DNA of 64,000 nt from Verrucomicrobiia bacterium. Its GTDB lineage: Bacteria > Acidobacteriota > Terriglobia > Acidiferrales > UBA7541. The notes under the pieces are model-generated. The model did no database searches. It was not told where the DNA came from and saw only the letters and a list, made by a program, of their open reading frames with translations. Both the position numbers and the translations under genes were made by a program. The DNA is taken from assembly GCA_035568155.1 (NCBI GenBank), contig DATMOS010000051.1, forward strand, positions 24,156-88,155, given 5' to 3'. Positions 9,720 through 19,440 of the stretch are shown piece after piece (position 1 is the first letter of the stretch; every line of letters starts with the position of its first letter).

Positions 9720-11177
9720 TCATCGAGAGCGCGAGCGACTACCGACCGGTAAATTGGTCACTTCGGCGCTTTGATCGCCAACCCTGGCAAACCTCGGCGC
9801 CGGCAAAGGCCGCTTAAGCGGAATCGGATATTGCTCGATCGCCGGTACGGTCTCTTTCTGCGTGGCAAGAATCGGCGCCGTAGCAGCCGCGATAATGGCT
9901 AACAGCGCGAACCACATAATCTTGGTGTGATCAAAATAGCTGATGCCAAAAAAGAGAACACAATTTGTAAAAAGCGCGATAGACAGGAACCACATAAACC
10001 GTTCCTGCTGTGGATCGTTTTCAACTGTTTTGCGCGCTCTACCCAGTTTGTTGAACGAGCGAGCAACAATCATCACGAAACAGATAAACGTCAACAATCC
10101 GCCGCTCTCTGCTTCTTGCACGAACTGATTGCTGGTGTCCCACATGTCCCAGTCCCAGGTTCCAGCTGCGTTTGTACCGATAAGCCACCAATCGCTGAAG
10201 TGCCGGACGCACAGGTCGATAAGCATTGCGCGGTGATAGCCGGAACTTCCGGCGATCAGATCCGCTCGGGCGATTAAAAACCAAACCGGGGCCTTCATCA
10301 CCAGATGCAGCGCTATCAGCATCACCACAAAGCCCCAGCGAACGATGCGCATCTTGCTGCGAATTGACCAGGCCGCCCAACCAAGTATCGCGGCTATGAA
10401 CGCCATCAACGGGGTGCTCGATGCGCTCGTCAGCATCATTCCCATCGAACCGCAGAAACCAACCACTCCAGCGGTCTTAGCTTTTCCGGTGCTCCATAGC
10501 CACCAAAACAGAGGGATTAATGCCACACCAAATGCCCCTGCCAGGATGGGGTGCGCAAATGCGGCTTGCGCCCGCACCGAACCTTCGCGAACTGCAGGCA
10601 CAACGGGTACAGCGCCCAGATATCCGAAGATATTCTGGTTGCGAAACTTTTCGTTAGCCATGGTTAACGCGAAAATAAATGTAAGCGTCGCGAACACCTT
10701 CACCACTCGAACGACGTCTTCCTCGTCTCGAATCAGATATCGCAGGAAGAGATAGCCGCCAAGGGCGTCAAGCAAGTAACTGACCTGATAGTTTACGGCC
10801 CCGCTAGCAGCGTCATTAAGCAGGACGCCCGCAGCGCAACGAAAACATATCCACATGACAAATAGCTTGTCTACCCAATCGAAGCCACCAGCAAACAGCC
10901 CACCAGAGGAGGTGAATTTCGCGAACACCAGGCGCACCAGGCCAGCCATGATCAGGATACGCATGACGTAGAAATGTAGACCGCCGACGTAAACCTGTTG
11001 CCCAAGCGAACCCAAAAAAATCACCAGCAGGAATGGAACGGAGATATATTTGCGCGGGGCAAAAAATATCATGAGAAGCGCGATGATCATCCCGACCAGT
11101 ATCACGGGATTTAACAGCGTGCTGGAGGCGCCACCACCAAAGCCAAAATTAACTGGAGCTTCTGGTCCCAATGTCAA
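9720..11177 (-). CDS. Wzy-type polysaccharide polymerase / O-antigen ligase family membrane protein
   Basis: About 10-12 hydrophobic segments; RAQAAFAHPILAG and EAESGGLL resemble Wzy_C motifs; context. Confidence 0.75.
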   Translation of the reverse strand: MTLGPEAPVNFGFGGGASSTLLNPVILVGMIIALLMIFFAPRKYISVPFLLVIFLGSLGQQVYVGGLHFYVMRILIMAGLVRLVFAKFTSSGGLFAGGFDWVDKLFVMWICFRCAAGVLLNDAASGAVNYQVSYLLDALGGYLFLRYLIRDEEDVVRVVKVFATLTFIFALTMANEKFRNQNIFGYLGAVPVVPAVREGSVRAQAAFAHPILAGAFGVALIPLFWWLWSTGKAKTAGVVGFCGSMGMMLTSASSTPLMAFIAAILGWAAWSIRSKMRIVRWGFVVMLIALHLVMKAPVWFLIARADLIAGSSGYHRAMLIDLCVRHFSDWWLIGTNAAGTWDWDMWDTSNQFVQEAESGGLLTFICFVMIVARSFNKLGRARKTVENDPQQERFMWFLSIALFTNCVLFFGISYFDHTKIMWFALLAIIAAATAPILATQKETVPAIEQYPIPLKRPLPAPRFARVGDQSAEVTNLPVGSRSRSR

Positions 11178-11300
11178 TCCTCTAAGATCAAACAGCTAAT
11201 TCGACAAAAAATGGGCTCAATAGATTCTATCTTCAAGGAGCTGAAATTTTCAGGGGTAGTTATTGCCATATTTCAGATAGGTACACGAGCAAGCAGGCGC

Positions 11301-11978
11301 CTATCGGGATTGGTGTCTCAACTTTTCCGTTGTTCCTTCTGATAATGCTTCCGGCCTAGTCCATTTTTCAGTTTGAGGGTCATAGACACGAACCAGCTTT
11401 GCAGGATTCCCAGCGATGACACTGAAGTCCGGGAAACTTTGGGTGACGACTGCATTTGCAGCTAGAACGCTGTTCCGTCCGATCACCAGGTCTTTCTGGC
11501 CACTCAATACTACAACTCCGCATCCCAACCAACAGTTCCTGCCAATTGTGATTGTGCCTCCGCTTGTGACCCCTTGCTCATGGATGGGTTTCGTAATGTC
11601 CGCATAGGCGTGATTGTGATCCATGAGGAAGACGGACGGAGCGGTCAGAACATCTTCTTCGAGACGGATATGGTTTCTTGCCGAAATCGTCGTACGGCGG
11701 CCAATCCTGCAACCAGCTCCTAGAATGATTTTGGGACGCGGCCCTTTGGTGCCCTCGGTGACATTCAGCCAAATGTCGGGGGCCAGGTATACATTTGCAC
11801 CTAGCGACACGGCCCTAGCTATAGATCGTCGAATGTCGCAGGTGTGATCGACTGAGGTTCCGCGGCCAAATTCTGCAAATGGATACGTGTTTTTGATCCA
11901 CCGAGTATGAAGCCAGGTTCTTCCACGCGAAATGAGGTGCAGCGGATCTTCAGCAGCCTCAGCGGGGTTGCTACCCAT
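11301..11978 (-). CDS. Hexapeptide-repeat O-acyltransferase
   Basis: DHNH, IGRNCWLG, IGRNSVLAANAVV and AGNPAK; start moved to ATG 11978 to avoid overlap with the flippase. Confidence 0.85.
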   Translation of the reverse strand: MGSNPAEAAEDPLHLISRGRTWLHTRWIKNTYPFAEFGRGTSVDHTCDIRRSIARAVSLGANVYLAPDIWLNVTEGTKGPRPKIILGAGCRIGRRTTISARNHIRLEEDVLTAPSVFLMDHNHAYADITKPIHEQGVTSGGTITIGRNCWLGCGVVVLSGQKDLVIGRNSVLAANAVVTQSFPDFSVIAGNPAKLVRVYDPQTEKWTRPEALSEGTTEKLRHQSR

Positions 11979-11998
11979 GAATCTCACCCTGTAGACGA

Positions 11999-13609
11999 CT
12001 AAACGTTTGGAGCGGGACGCAACCAACTCGGGATTAACATCCCGGCCAGCATTCGTCCTTCGCTGGGAGTTACCGAACGGGTTAAGTATAAAGCGGGCCA
12101 AGCGGCCACCAAACAGCCCACGCATGTTAAGCCGAGTCGTATACTCGCCACCAACCGTGGGTTTGGCATTTGGGGTAGCGGAACGTGCGAGGCCAGCGCT
12201 CCAAACGCCAGGATTACCGCGGTAGCGGCGGCCAACTTTGTGAAATCAACAAGTACGGTCTTTACGCTAAAGCCCTTAAAAGTTGTCGATATGGCGAAGC
12301 CCATGAAGATCATCCCAACCATCTCCGCCCCAGCTAGCCCGGCAAGTGCCCCGGCGAATCCCAGGCGTCTCACAGACAGGCCTACCACCATGACGATTGC
12401 TATGCGGATAACTTGGCGAATATTATCGAGCAATGCTTTCCCTGACACTCTGTACAAAACGAGGCCTAGCAGCGACATGGACCCGAAGAAGATGGTTGCC
12501 CCAAGTAGACACAAAGCCATGAGGTAAGCGGGATTAGTTGTCCCGGTCCAAGCGTACAAAATCTGCTGTCCAAAAACCGCCATAAACGATAGCGGGAAGA
12601 GCGTCAGCGCCAGCATTACCTTAATTGCCTTCGCGATTAAGCGCCGCATTTCCTCAACGGACCCTGAGGCAAATACTTTGGCGCCACCAGACAAAATCGG
12701 GAGCATCATTGCGTCCGGAAGCATGGCTGCGGAACTTTGCAACCGCGTTACGATGGCAAAGACACCCGAGGTTTCCGCTCCAAATGCTCGCAGCACCGCA
12801 ATGGGAACGATTGCGGTGTACACGACTTCCAGAATATTCACCATTTGATAGCTTCCAGCGTAACGAATCAATTCTGGAATCACACTGCGTGTGACATATC
12901 TGATCTGAACATGAATTTGTGGGGCGATTTTTCGTGAGGCCACGTAACAGCAGGCGATAAATCCTAGCTCCGAAACCCCCATTACTGTTGCCATCGCGAA
13001 TAGGCCAAATCCCAGGTACAACAGGATGACGATAACCACTGCTTCGCCGACGGTGAAAATCGTAGTGAATTTTCGCGCGACATCAATGCGATGTGCGCCC
13101 ATAACGATAGCCTCAAACGCCGCTCCAACGTTGGAGATCGTCATAATCGCTGCCAGCATGGATATCGCGCCGGACGCGGAGCTCAAAAACTGCGGCGGCA
13201 CACCCATCCAGTGAGCTAGTTGACGCGAGAAAATAGCTGTAGGTATCAATCCGGCAACGGACAACACCGCCATGGCGGCAGCCCCGGTGCTCAACAGCCT
13301 ACTTGCACTCTCGTAATCGCCATTGCCGGTGGCCTCGGCGACATATTTCTGGAATGCTGATTTGATACCGAAGCTTCCAAATCGCATGTACGCTCCGGCC
13401 GTACCGATGATGGCCCAGATTCCGTAACCATCCAGTCCTAAATGAGAAATTACGATTGGAACAGTGAGGAGACGTGTCGCTATCTGAGCGATTTTCGACA
13501 TGACCCCGAAAATCGTGTTCTTTCCAATCGAGGAAGCGAGATTACGATCGGAATTCCCGTCAGGAGGGACAGCTACTACCTCTAGTTCCACGGTGTCATT
13601 TTGAATCAT
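11999..13609 (-). CDS. wzx: Wzx oligosaccharide flippase
   Basis: About 14 hydrophobic segments; KNTIFG...LGLDGYGIW N-terminus typical of polysaccharide flippases. Confidence 0.8.
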   Translation of the reverse strand: MIQNDTVELEVVAVPPDGNSDRNLASSIGKNTIFGVMSKIAQIATRLLTVPIVISHLGLDGYGIWAIIGTAGAYMRFGSFGIKSAFQKYVAEATGNGDYESASRLLSTGAAAMAVLSVAGLIPTAIFSRQLAHWMGVPPQFLSSASGAISMLAAIMTISNVGAAFEAIVMGAHRIDVARKFTTIFTVGEAVVIVILLYLGFGLFAMATVMGVSELGFIACCYVASRKIAPQIHVQIRYVTRSVIPELIRYAGSYQMVNILEVVYTAIVPIAVLRAFGAETSGVFAIVTRLQSSAAMLPDAMMLPILSGGAKVFASGSVEEMRRLIAKAIKVMLALTLFPLSFMAVFGQQILYAWTGTTNPAYLMALCLLGATIFFGSMSLLGLVLYRVSGKALLDNIRQVIRIAIVMVVGLSVRRLGFAGALAGLAGAEMVGMIFMGFAISTTFKGFSVKTVLVDFTKLAAATAVILAFGALASHVPLPQMPNPRLVASIRLGLTCVGCLVAAWPALYLTRSVTPSEGRMLAGMLIPSWLRPAPNV

Positions 13610-13645
13610 TGAGGATTAGTTTGCACACAGGGACTCGCGTTGTAC

Positions 13646-13676
13646 AGTGCCGGCCTGAGACCGTCAAACCGGCACT
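13646..13676 (-). terminator. Strong stem-loop after the beta-helix gene (possible terminator or mRNA stabiliser)
   Basis: Minus strand AGTGCCGGTTTGA-CGGTC-TCAGGCCGGCACT: 13-bp stem with two G-U pairs; no clear U tract. Confidence 0.4.
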
Positions 13677-13694
13677 AAACAAGCGTAATTCAGA

Positions 13695-15323
13695 CTAATT
13701 GACGGTGGCAGCTAACCCCGTCGGAGGTTTAGGAGCTTGCGCCGCAGTCGATCCCAGCTGAATTGCTCCGCTGGACCACGAGCCGGACGGACGCGCTGTT
13801 CCAACTTTATCAAAATTGAGCGCGGTAATGTTCATACCGCTCAAATTCGCTCCCAAGGTACTCGCTGCCGAACCTGCACCAATGGTCATGTCAGAATTCA
13901 GCAAGGGATTGCTGATACTGGAACCTGAATCGCAGGAACATGCAGCCTGCCAGGTCGAGAATGAACCTGTGAACGTGGAGTGATAGACCCATGGGCTGCC
14001 ACCGATGCCGCCGTAATAAACGTTTTTATTCGCATTTACGGTCGCCGATGCTTGGATGATCAATTGATAGGCGCCACCAGAGAAAATGTTGTTCTGCACG
14101 GTCCAGCCCGTAGCCCCTCCGTATGCGTTGAATGAGGGCCAGGCATAGTCTCCGGTTCCACCCGCATCTACCACAGTGTTGTTCAGGAAAAATCCGTTCG
14201 GAGGCATCACCGCTACTATCCCGCTGGAGCCTGGCGCATCCGTGTTCGTCTTGTTGAAAGTGTTGTTAAAGATGTACCAGCTGCCCATCGTACCGCCAGA
14301 TCCGCCGTTATTGTTTTCTATAAAGATCATAGAGGTAGAATGCTGGCCCACATCTCCCGTAGCAGTGTTATCAAAGATAAGTAACTTTCCCACGATGGAC
14401 GATCCGGCCGTGTTCGTAAATGGGTGGAAAAAATTGTGATGATAATAGTTAGCGGCATTGTCCCAATTGCGAGAAGCCACATAGGTATTATGATCGACCT
14501 GAATGTTGGTCATTACTTTCGTGCCCGAATTTCCGGGCCCTAGCTCGATCGCTTGATTGGACAGCGAGAAATTATTCCCAGTGATTACTAGATTTTGTTC
14601 CCCTCCCTGGAATGCATAGAAAGCGCAGACATTGCACTGCGTAAAGGTGTTGTTTGGACCAATCGTAAGATTGGATGATTGACCCCACACCGCGAAAGCC
14701 CAACCCTGGGCACCGCCGCCGCCATTGTCGCCGATCTGATGAACGTAAACATTTAGCATAGAGAGATTTTTTACGGTGAAGTTATTTCCCATGCCCTTTA
14801 TTAGGGCCGTATCCTGCTGATAGGTTAGTCCCGTGCCCTCAGCGGTGTTTTGAAGGATTCCATTCGTTCCGCCATCTACGACGATCCATTGTTGTCCGTT
14901 GACGTCGATGCCGCCGTTGTTGGCAGAAAAATAAGGTGCCTGAACGATTGCGCCAGCTTCGAAGAGCAAGGTGATCGGATTCCCGCTTGTCCCGCTCCCT
15001 TGGAACCTCAAATAACTATTGGCCCCCGCAGGAGCATTAAAAGTCCCGCAAAGATGCACTATTGTGCCGGGGCCGATTTGCGAGGCGCCAGTGCCCCAGT
15101 TTGCGGAACTGTTAAACCAAGCTGGATTGTGCACGTTGGAACTGCACACGCCGTTTCCGCCGCCATCTTGCGTGATATAGACATTACTTGCTTGTGCGGA
15201 CGCCCCCGTCGCGGCCAAGCCGCTGAACACCAGCGCTATGAGTCCGGCGAACATTAAGCGATGAATGTTTGCCAACGGAATTCTGAAACTGCAAATTGTG
15301 GTGTTCCGATTCAAGACTCTCAC
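13695..15323 (-). CDS. Secreted parallel beta-helix (pectin-lyase-like fold) protein
   Basis: Signal peptide ending ASA-Q; Asn/Gly-rich repeats (IFDNT, IFNNTF, FLNNTV, VQNNIF); GTSGNPITL motif. Confidence 0.7.
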   Translation of the reverse strand: MRVLNRNTTICSFRIPLANIHRLMFAGLIALVFSGLAATGASAQASNVYITQDGGGNGVCSSNVHNPAWFNSSANWGTGASQIGPGTIVHLCGTFNAPAGANSYLRFQGSGTSGNPITLLFEAGAIVQAPYFSANNGGIDVNGQQWIVVDGGTNGILQNTAEGTGLTYQQDTALIKGMGNNFTVKNLSMLNVYVHQIGDNGGGGAQGWAFAVWGQSSNLTIGPNNTFTQCNVCAFYAFQGGEQNLVITGNNFSLSNQAIELGPGNSGTKVMTNIQVDHNTYVASRNWDNAANYYHHNFFHPFTNTAGSSIVGKLLIFDNTATGDVGQHSTSMIFIENNNGGSGGTMGSWYIFNNTFNKTNTDAPGSSGIVAVMPPNGFFLNNTVVDAGGTGDYAWPSFNAYGGATGWTVQNNIFSGGAYQLIIQASATVNANKNVYYGGIGGSPWVYHSTFTGSFSTWQAACSCDSGSSISNPLLNSDMTIGAGSAASTLGANLSGMNITALNFDKVGTARPSGSWSSGAIQLGSTAAQAPKPPTGLAATVN

Positions 15324-15591
15324 GATCCCTCTTTCGCACCTGTTTTAGGTGGCTTCGCCCTATAGTCAAATTAGCAGTGTTACGGGCTTAAACAACTGGA
15401 CTGTAGGTCAAACGAGGTGCAGGGAGGGGGACCTGTACCTCTTGCTCTCACAAATACGACCGCCACCAATTATGCGCATATCCAACATCATGGGCGCTTT
15501 GAAGGAGACAACGACGGTCCTAAAAGGTGCTAATACAATAGTAAACTATACAGTAAATGGGCGCTCCTGAATTTGATCCGAACCTCCATGT

Positions 15592-16497
15592 TTATTTCCA
15601 GGTTTCGGAGCCCGCAAAGCTGGCGCGTTGCATCAGCGACATATTGTGGTGCGCATATTTGTATAGCCATTGAGGCCAGTGAAGCCAGTCGTATCCGCCT
15701 TCCAGTTTGGCGCGCAGCAGAGCCGCATCGTCCCAACTGTTCACCGGCAGTCTTGGCAAATAGTAGCGGTTATCGTGCTTACCAGCCCGCCCAATAATGG
15801 TGGACACGCCATTTTCGAATCCCAGGTTTTCCAGGATGCCCACCAGGAATTGCGTGAATGTTTTGTCTTCCTCGGGAAACGCAAAAGGATAAGAAAAAGA
15901 CTCAACCGCCACGCCCAGTTTTTGTTCGATGGTTTCTTTCGAGCATCCCAATTCATACTCAATCTGTTCGGGGCTAAGTGAACGCAAATCCGGGTGGCTA
16001 ACGGTGTGGGACCCAAACTGAATGCCCGCTTTGTGAAGTTCCGCCACTTCAGACCATGTCAGATAATCCACGCCGTCAATGCGTACGGGTGTATTTTGAA
16101 TGCGGTCGGTGGCCAGGAAAATCGTCGCGGTAAATCCGCACTGCCGCATGGCTTCAAAAGCGTCGGTGTAAAAATCGCGATAGCCGTCATCAAAAGTAAT
16201 CACCACCGTTTTGGAAACGTCCTGCCCCGTTTCCATGGCCGTCCACATCTGCGTCAAATTCATGGTGCGATAGCTGTTTTGCCGTAGCCATCGCATCTGG
16301 CGCGCAAAAACCGGAGGCGAACAATTGATCTGGTAGTACGGATGAGATTTGCCAAACAAACTATCCGAAACACTGTGGTACATGAGTATCGGCACACGTG
16401 CTGTCGACAGCGAGCGCAGTACGCGTGCAAGCGGGTGAGAGAGATACACGGAGGCCAGGCGGTCTATTCGGGGCATAAAAAACTCTGTGGAATACAT
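15592..16497 (-). CDS. Polysaccharide deacetylase (CE4/NodB)
   Basis: PILMYH, ITFDDGY, FGSHTVSHP and FSYPF motifs. Confidence 0.9.
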   Translation of the reverse strand: MYSTEFFMPRIDRLASVYLSHPLARVLRSLSTARVPILMYHSVSDSLFGKSHPYYQINCSPPVFARQMRWLRQNSYRTMNLTQMWTAMETGQDVSKTVVITFDDGYRDFYTDAFEAMRQCGFTATIFLATDRIQNTPVRIDGVDYLTWSEVAELHKAGIQFGSHTVSHPDLRSLSPEQIEYELGCSKETIEQKLGVAVESFSYPFAFPEEDKTFTQFLVGILENLGFENGVSTIIGRAGKHDNRYYLPRLPVNSWDDAALLRAKLEGGYDWLHWPQWLYKYAHHNMSLMQRASFAGSETWK

Positions 16498-16572
16498 TGT
16501 ACGGCGCGCCCTCGGCGCGCCAGTGAGTGATCGAGAAAGGTCTAACGCCGTTGGTTATTGCGCGAAACCCGA

Positions 16573-17784
16573 TTAACGCGCGGCGCCGATTTTGGAAACG
16601 GCAAATTCCTTAACGCTGGTGGTCACTAGCGCCAGTTGGTCCAGCTTCAGCTGCGGGAACATCGGCAGTGAGACGATTTCCAGCGCAACTCGCTCGGTGA
16701 CTGGGAAATCGCCCTTTCTATGGTTCAGGTGCTGGTACGCTTTTTGCAGGTGCAACGGTATGGGATAGTGAATTCCTGTTCCGATTCCTGCTTCCGCCAG
16801 GTGCGCCTGAAGCGCCTCGCGGTCCGCTACGCGCACTACATATAAATGGTAGACGCCTTTCGTCCACGCTGCTTCCACCGGAATCGTCACCGCGCCTTTT
16901 ACATCGGCAAATAATTCGTGATAGCGGTGCGCATGTTCACGGCGCGATTGATTCCATTTCGCCAGATGGCGCAGTTTAACGGACAGCCATCCCGCCTGGA
17001 TGGAATCCAGACGCCCGTTGTAGCCTTCGATATCGTGGTAATACTTTTTTGCCTGGCCGTGGTCGCGAATCATCTTCATCCGCTTGGCCATGCCTTCATC
17101 GTTGGTAGTTGTGGCCCCGGCTTCTCCGCAGGCGCCCAAATTCTTGCCGGGATAAAAACTGAATGCCGCCGCCAAGCCGATGGAGCCAGCCTTTTTCCAT
17201 CTGTTCTCTTTTTTCGAAAAGTACTCCGCGCCGTGCGCCTGGCAAGCATCCTCGATAACAACCAGGTTGTACTTGGCCGCCAACTCCATGATCGGATCCA
17301 TATCGGCGGTTTGTCCGTAGAGATGTACGGGCACGATAGCCGCTACGCGAAGTCCGCTCTTCCGTTCAGTGAGTTTTTTGGCCTTGCTGTCAAAATCACA
17401 GTTCGTTTCCAGGTATTCGCGAAGTTTCTCCGGATCCATCGTATAGGTAGACTCGTCAATGTCCACGAAAGCGATTTGCGCGCCAGCCTGAGAAATGGCT
17501 TCCGTGGTAGCGATAAACGTGTGAGGCACGGTGACGATGATGTCGCCCTGACCGACGCCGGCGGCCATGAACGCGAAGCGCAACGCATCGGTGCCGCTGT
17601 TCACACCCACGCAATATTTGGTATCGCAAAAAGCGGCAAACTCGCGCTCAAAATCTTCCACCATCGGTCCGCCGATAAAGCCTGCGTTGCTGAAGGCCTT
17701 CTTCGCTACCGCCAGAAGTTCTGCTTCCAGTTCCTGGTGCGGGGTGACCAAATCGAGAAATGGCACTTTGCTTGTCGGTGTCAT
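16573..17784 (-). CDS. DegT/DnrJ/EryC1/StrS nucleotide-sugar aminotransferase (WbpE-like)
   Basis: VPFLDL, SGTDAL, EDACQAHG, FSFYPGKNLG (PLP Lys) and NGRLD; start corrected to ATG 17784. Confidence 0.92.
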   Translation of the reverse strand: MTPTSKVPFLDLVTPHQELEAELLAVAKKAFSNAGFIGGPMVEDFEREFAAFCDTKYCVGVNSGTDALRFAFMAAGVGQGDIIVTVPHTFIATTEAISQAGAQIAFVDIDESTYTMDPEKLREYLETNCDFDSKAKKLTERKSGLRVAAIVPVHLYGQTADMDPIMELAAKYNLVVIEDACQAHGAEYFSKKENRWKKAGSIGLAAAFSFYPGKNLGACGEAGATTTNDEGMAKRMKMIRDHGQAKKYYHDIEGYNGRLDSIQAGWLSVKLRHLAKWNQSRREHAHRYHELFADVKGAVTIPVEAAWTKGVYHLYVVRVADREALQAHLAEAGIGTGIHYPIPLHLQKAYQHLNHRKGDFPVTERVALEIVSLPMFPQLKLDQLALVTTSVKEFAVSKIGAAR

Positions 17785-17786
17785 CG

Positions 17787-18275
17787 TTACTTTTTCTCCT
17801 CTGAGATAAATCGCAGAAATTTTGCTGGATTGCCGGCCACGATGGCGTTGTCGGGCACGTCTTTGGTGACCACGCTGCCGGCGCCCACGATGGCGTTGAT
17901 TCCCACCGTGACTTTGCTTAGAATCGTCGCGCCTGACCCGATGGAAGCGCCTTTGCGCACCACGGTGTTTTCCACTTTCCAATCGGCTTCGGTTTGCAAT
18001 TCGCCTGCCGCGGTGGTTGATCGCGGGTAGGCATCGTTGATGAAAGTCACGCTGTGGCCGATGAAAACGTTGTCTTCGATGGTTACGCCTTCGCAGATGA
18101 AGGTGTGGCTCGAAATTTTACAGCGACGGCCCACTCGGGCATTTTTTTGAATCTCCACAAATGCGCCGATCTTGGTTTCGTCTCCAACTTCACATCCATA
18201 CATGTTGATGAACTTGGAGAGCGTAACGTTTTTCCCGAGCTTTACATCCGGAGCGATACACACAAATTCGTTCAC
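17787..18275 (-). CDS. Nucleotide-amino-sugar N-acetyltransferase (WbpD/FdtC-like)
   Basis: KIGAFVEIQK, KISSHTFICEGVTIED, TFIND and GASIGSGATIL motifs. Confidence 0.85.
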   Translation of the reverse strand: MNEFVCIAPDVKLGKNVTLSKFINMYGCEVGDETKIGAFVEIQKNARVGRRCKISSHTFICEGVTIEDNVFIGHSVTFINDAYPRSTTAAGELQTEADWKVENTVVRKGASIGSGATILSKVTVGINAIVGAGSVVTKDVPDNAIVAGNPAKFLRFISEEKK

Positions 18276-19273
18276 AGCGTTACCGCCTCGCCACGGTTTC
18301 GCACCGACCTATCGGCGGCTTCCAGGATCCGAACAACCCGCAATCCGGCGATGCCGTCGTTAAAAGGAGTTTCATTTTTATCGATGCATTTCAGGAAATA
18401 GGCGGTTTCGGCGCGCAACGCTTCGATTTGTTCCACTTGCGGGGCCCACATATCTCCCGAACGGTAGCTGACCAGCAATTGATGCAGGGCGCCGGGCTTC
18501 GACATGCTTACGCCTTTGTCGTAAATCTTGATTTTTTCATCAGCTTCCAGGTCGTTCCACACCAGCATCTTTTTCTCGCCGCCGATCAGCGTGGTGCGCA
18601 CTTTCACGGGAGACAGCCAGTTCACATTGATGTGCGCGATAACGTGACGCGGGAAATATACGGTGATGAATGCTACGTCCTCAACGCCGTTCAAATGGCT
18701 CTCGCCGGTAGCCACTACCGCGTCCGGCTTGTCGCGAATTACATGGTCCATGATCGACAGATCGTGTGGCGCCAGGTCCCAGATGACATTCACATCGTGC
18801 TGAAACAACCCCAGGTTGACGCGCAGCGAATCGTAATAATACAGATCGCCCAACGCGCCCTCGTCCATCAGCTGACGAATTTTCTTTACCGCGCCGGTGA
18901 ACAAAAAGGTGTGGTCCACCATGATCTTCAACTTCTTGCGGTCAGCCAGTTCAATCAGTTCTTCTGCTTGGGTCACACTGCAAGTAAATGGCTTTTCCAC
19001 GAAAACGTGTTTTCCGTTTTCGAGCGCTTTTTTTGCAAGTTCATAGTGGGTCCAGACCGGTGTGACTACTGCAACCAGATCAATAGTCGAGGATTTCAAT
19101 ATTTCGTTTTCATCGGTGGTAAATGCCATTCCGGGATGAGATTTGTGCAACCGTTCTCGGGTTTTGGGGTTTTTGTCGCAGACCAAAGTTACTTCGGAGG
19201 ATTCATGAGTATGAAAATTGCGAACGATGTTTGGACCCCAGTATCCATAGCCAATTACACCAATGCGGATCAT
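18272..19273 (-). CDS. Gfo/Idh/MocA NAD-dependent oxidoreductase (WbpB-like)
   Basis: GVIGYGYWG, HVFVEKP and WDLAPHD motifs; likely start ATG 19273; overlaps the next gene by 4 nt. Confidence 0.88.
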   Translation of the reverse strand: MIRIGVIGYGYWGPNIVRNFHTHESSEVTLVCDKNPKTRERLHKSHPGMAFTTDENEILKSSTIDLVAVVTPVWTHYELAKKALENGKHVFVEKPFTCSVTQAEELIELADRKKLKIMVDHTFLFTGAVKKIRQLMDEGALGDLYYYDSLRVNLGLFQHDVNVIWDLAPHDLSIMDHVIRDKPDAVVATGESHLNGVEDVAFITVYFPRHVIAHINVNWLSPVKVRTTLIGGEKKMLVWNDLEADEKIKIYDKGVSMSKPGALHQLLVSYRSGDMWAPQVEQIEALRAETAYFLKCIDKNETPFNDGIAGLRVVRILEAADRSVRNRGEAVTL

Positions 19274-19440
19274 ACGGCTCCTTGTGGATGTTCCATCCCT
19301 CGGCGTAGGAAGCAAAGCGAGGGACGCTTGCCGGGGGCTGGGCGTTTCGAACGCTGCGACTCCGTGGGACTACTTTAAGACTACTGCATGCACCAGAAGT
19401 TGATAGAGGATTTCGGGACCTGGTTTCCTAACGAAAACCA

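Noticed and set aside
17785-17982. Arg/His-rich N-terminal extension of the aminotransferase ORF
   Set aside because: Alternate frame overlapping the acetyltransferase; the family N-terminus begins at MTPTSKVPFLDL (17784).
16918-19378. Long plus-strand ORFs of 370 aa and 316 aa
   Set aside because: Antisense shadows of the aminotransferase and oxidoreductase genes with no recognisable motifs.
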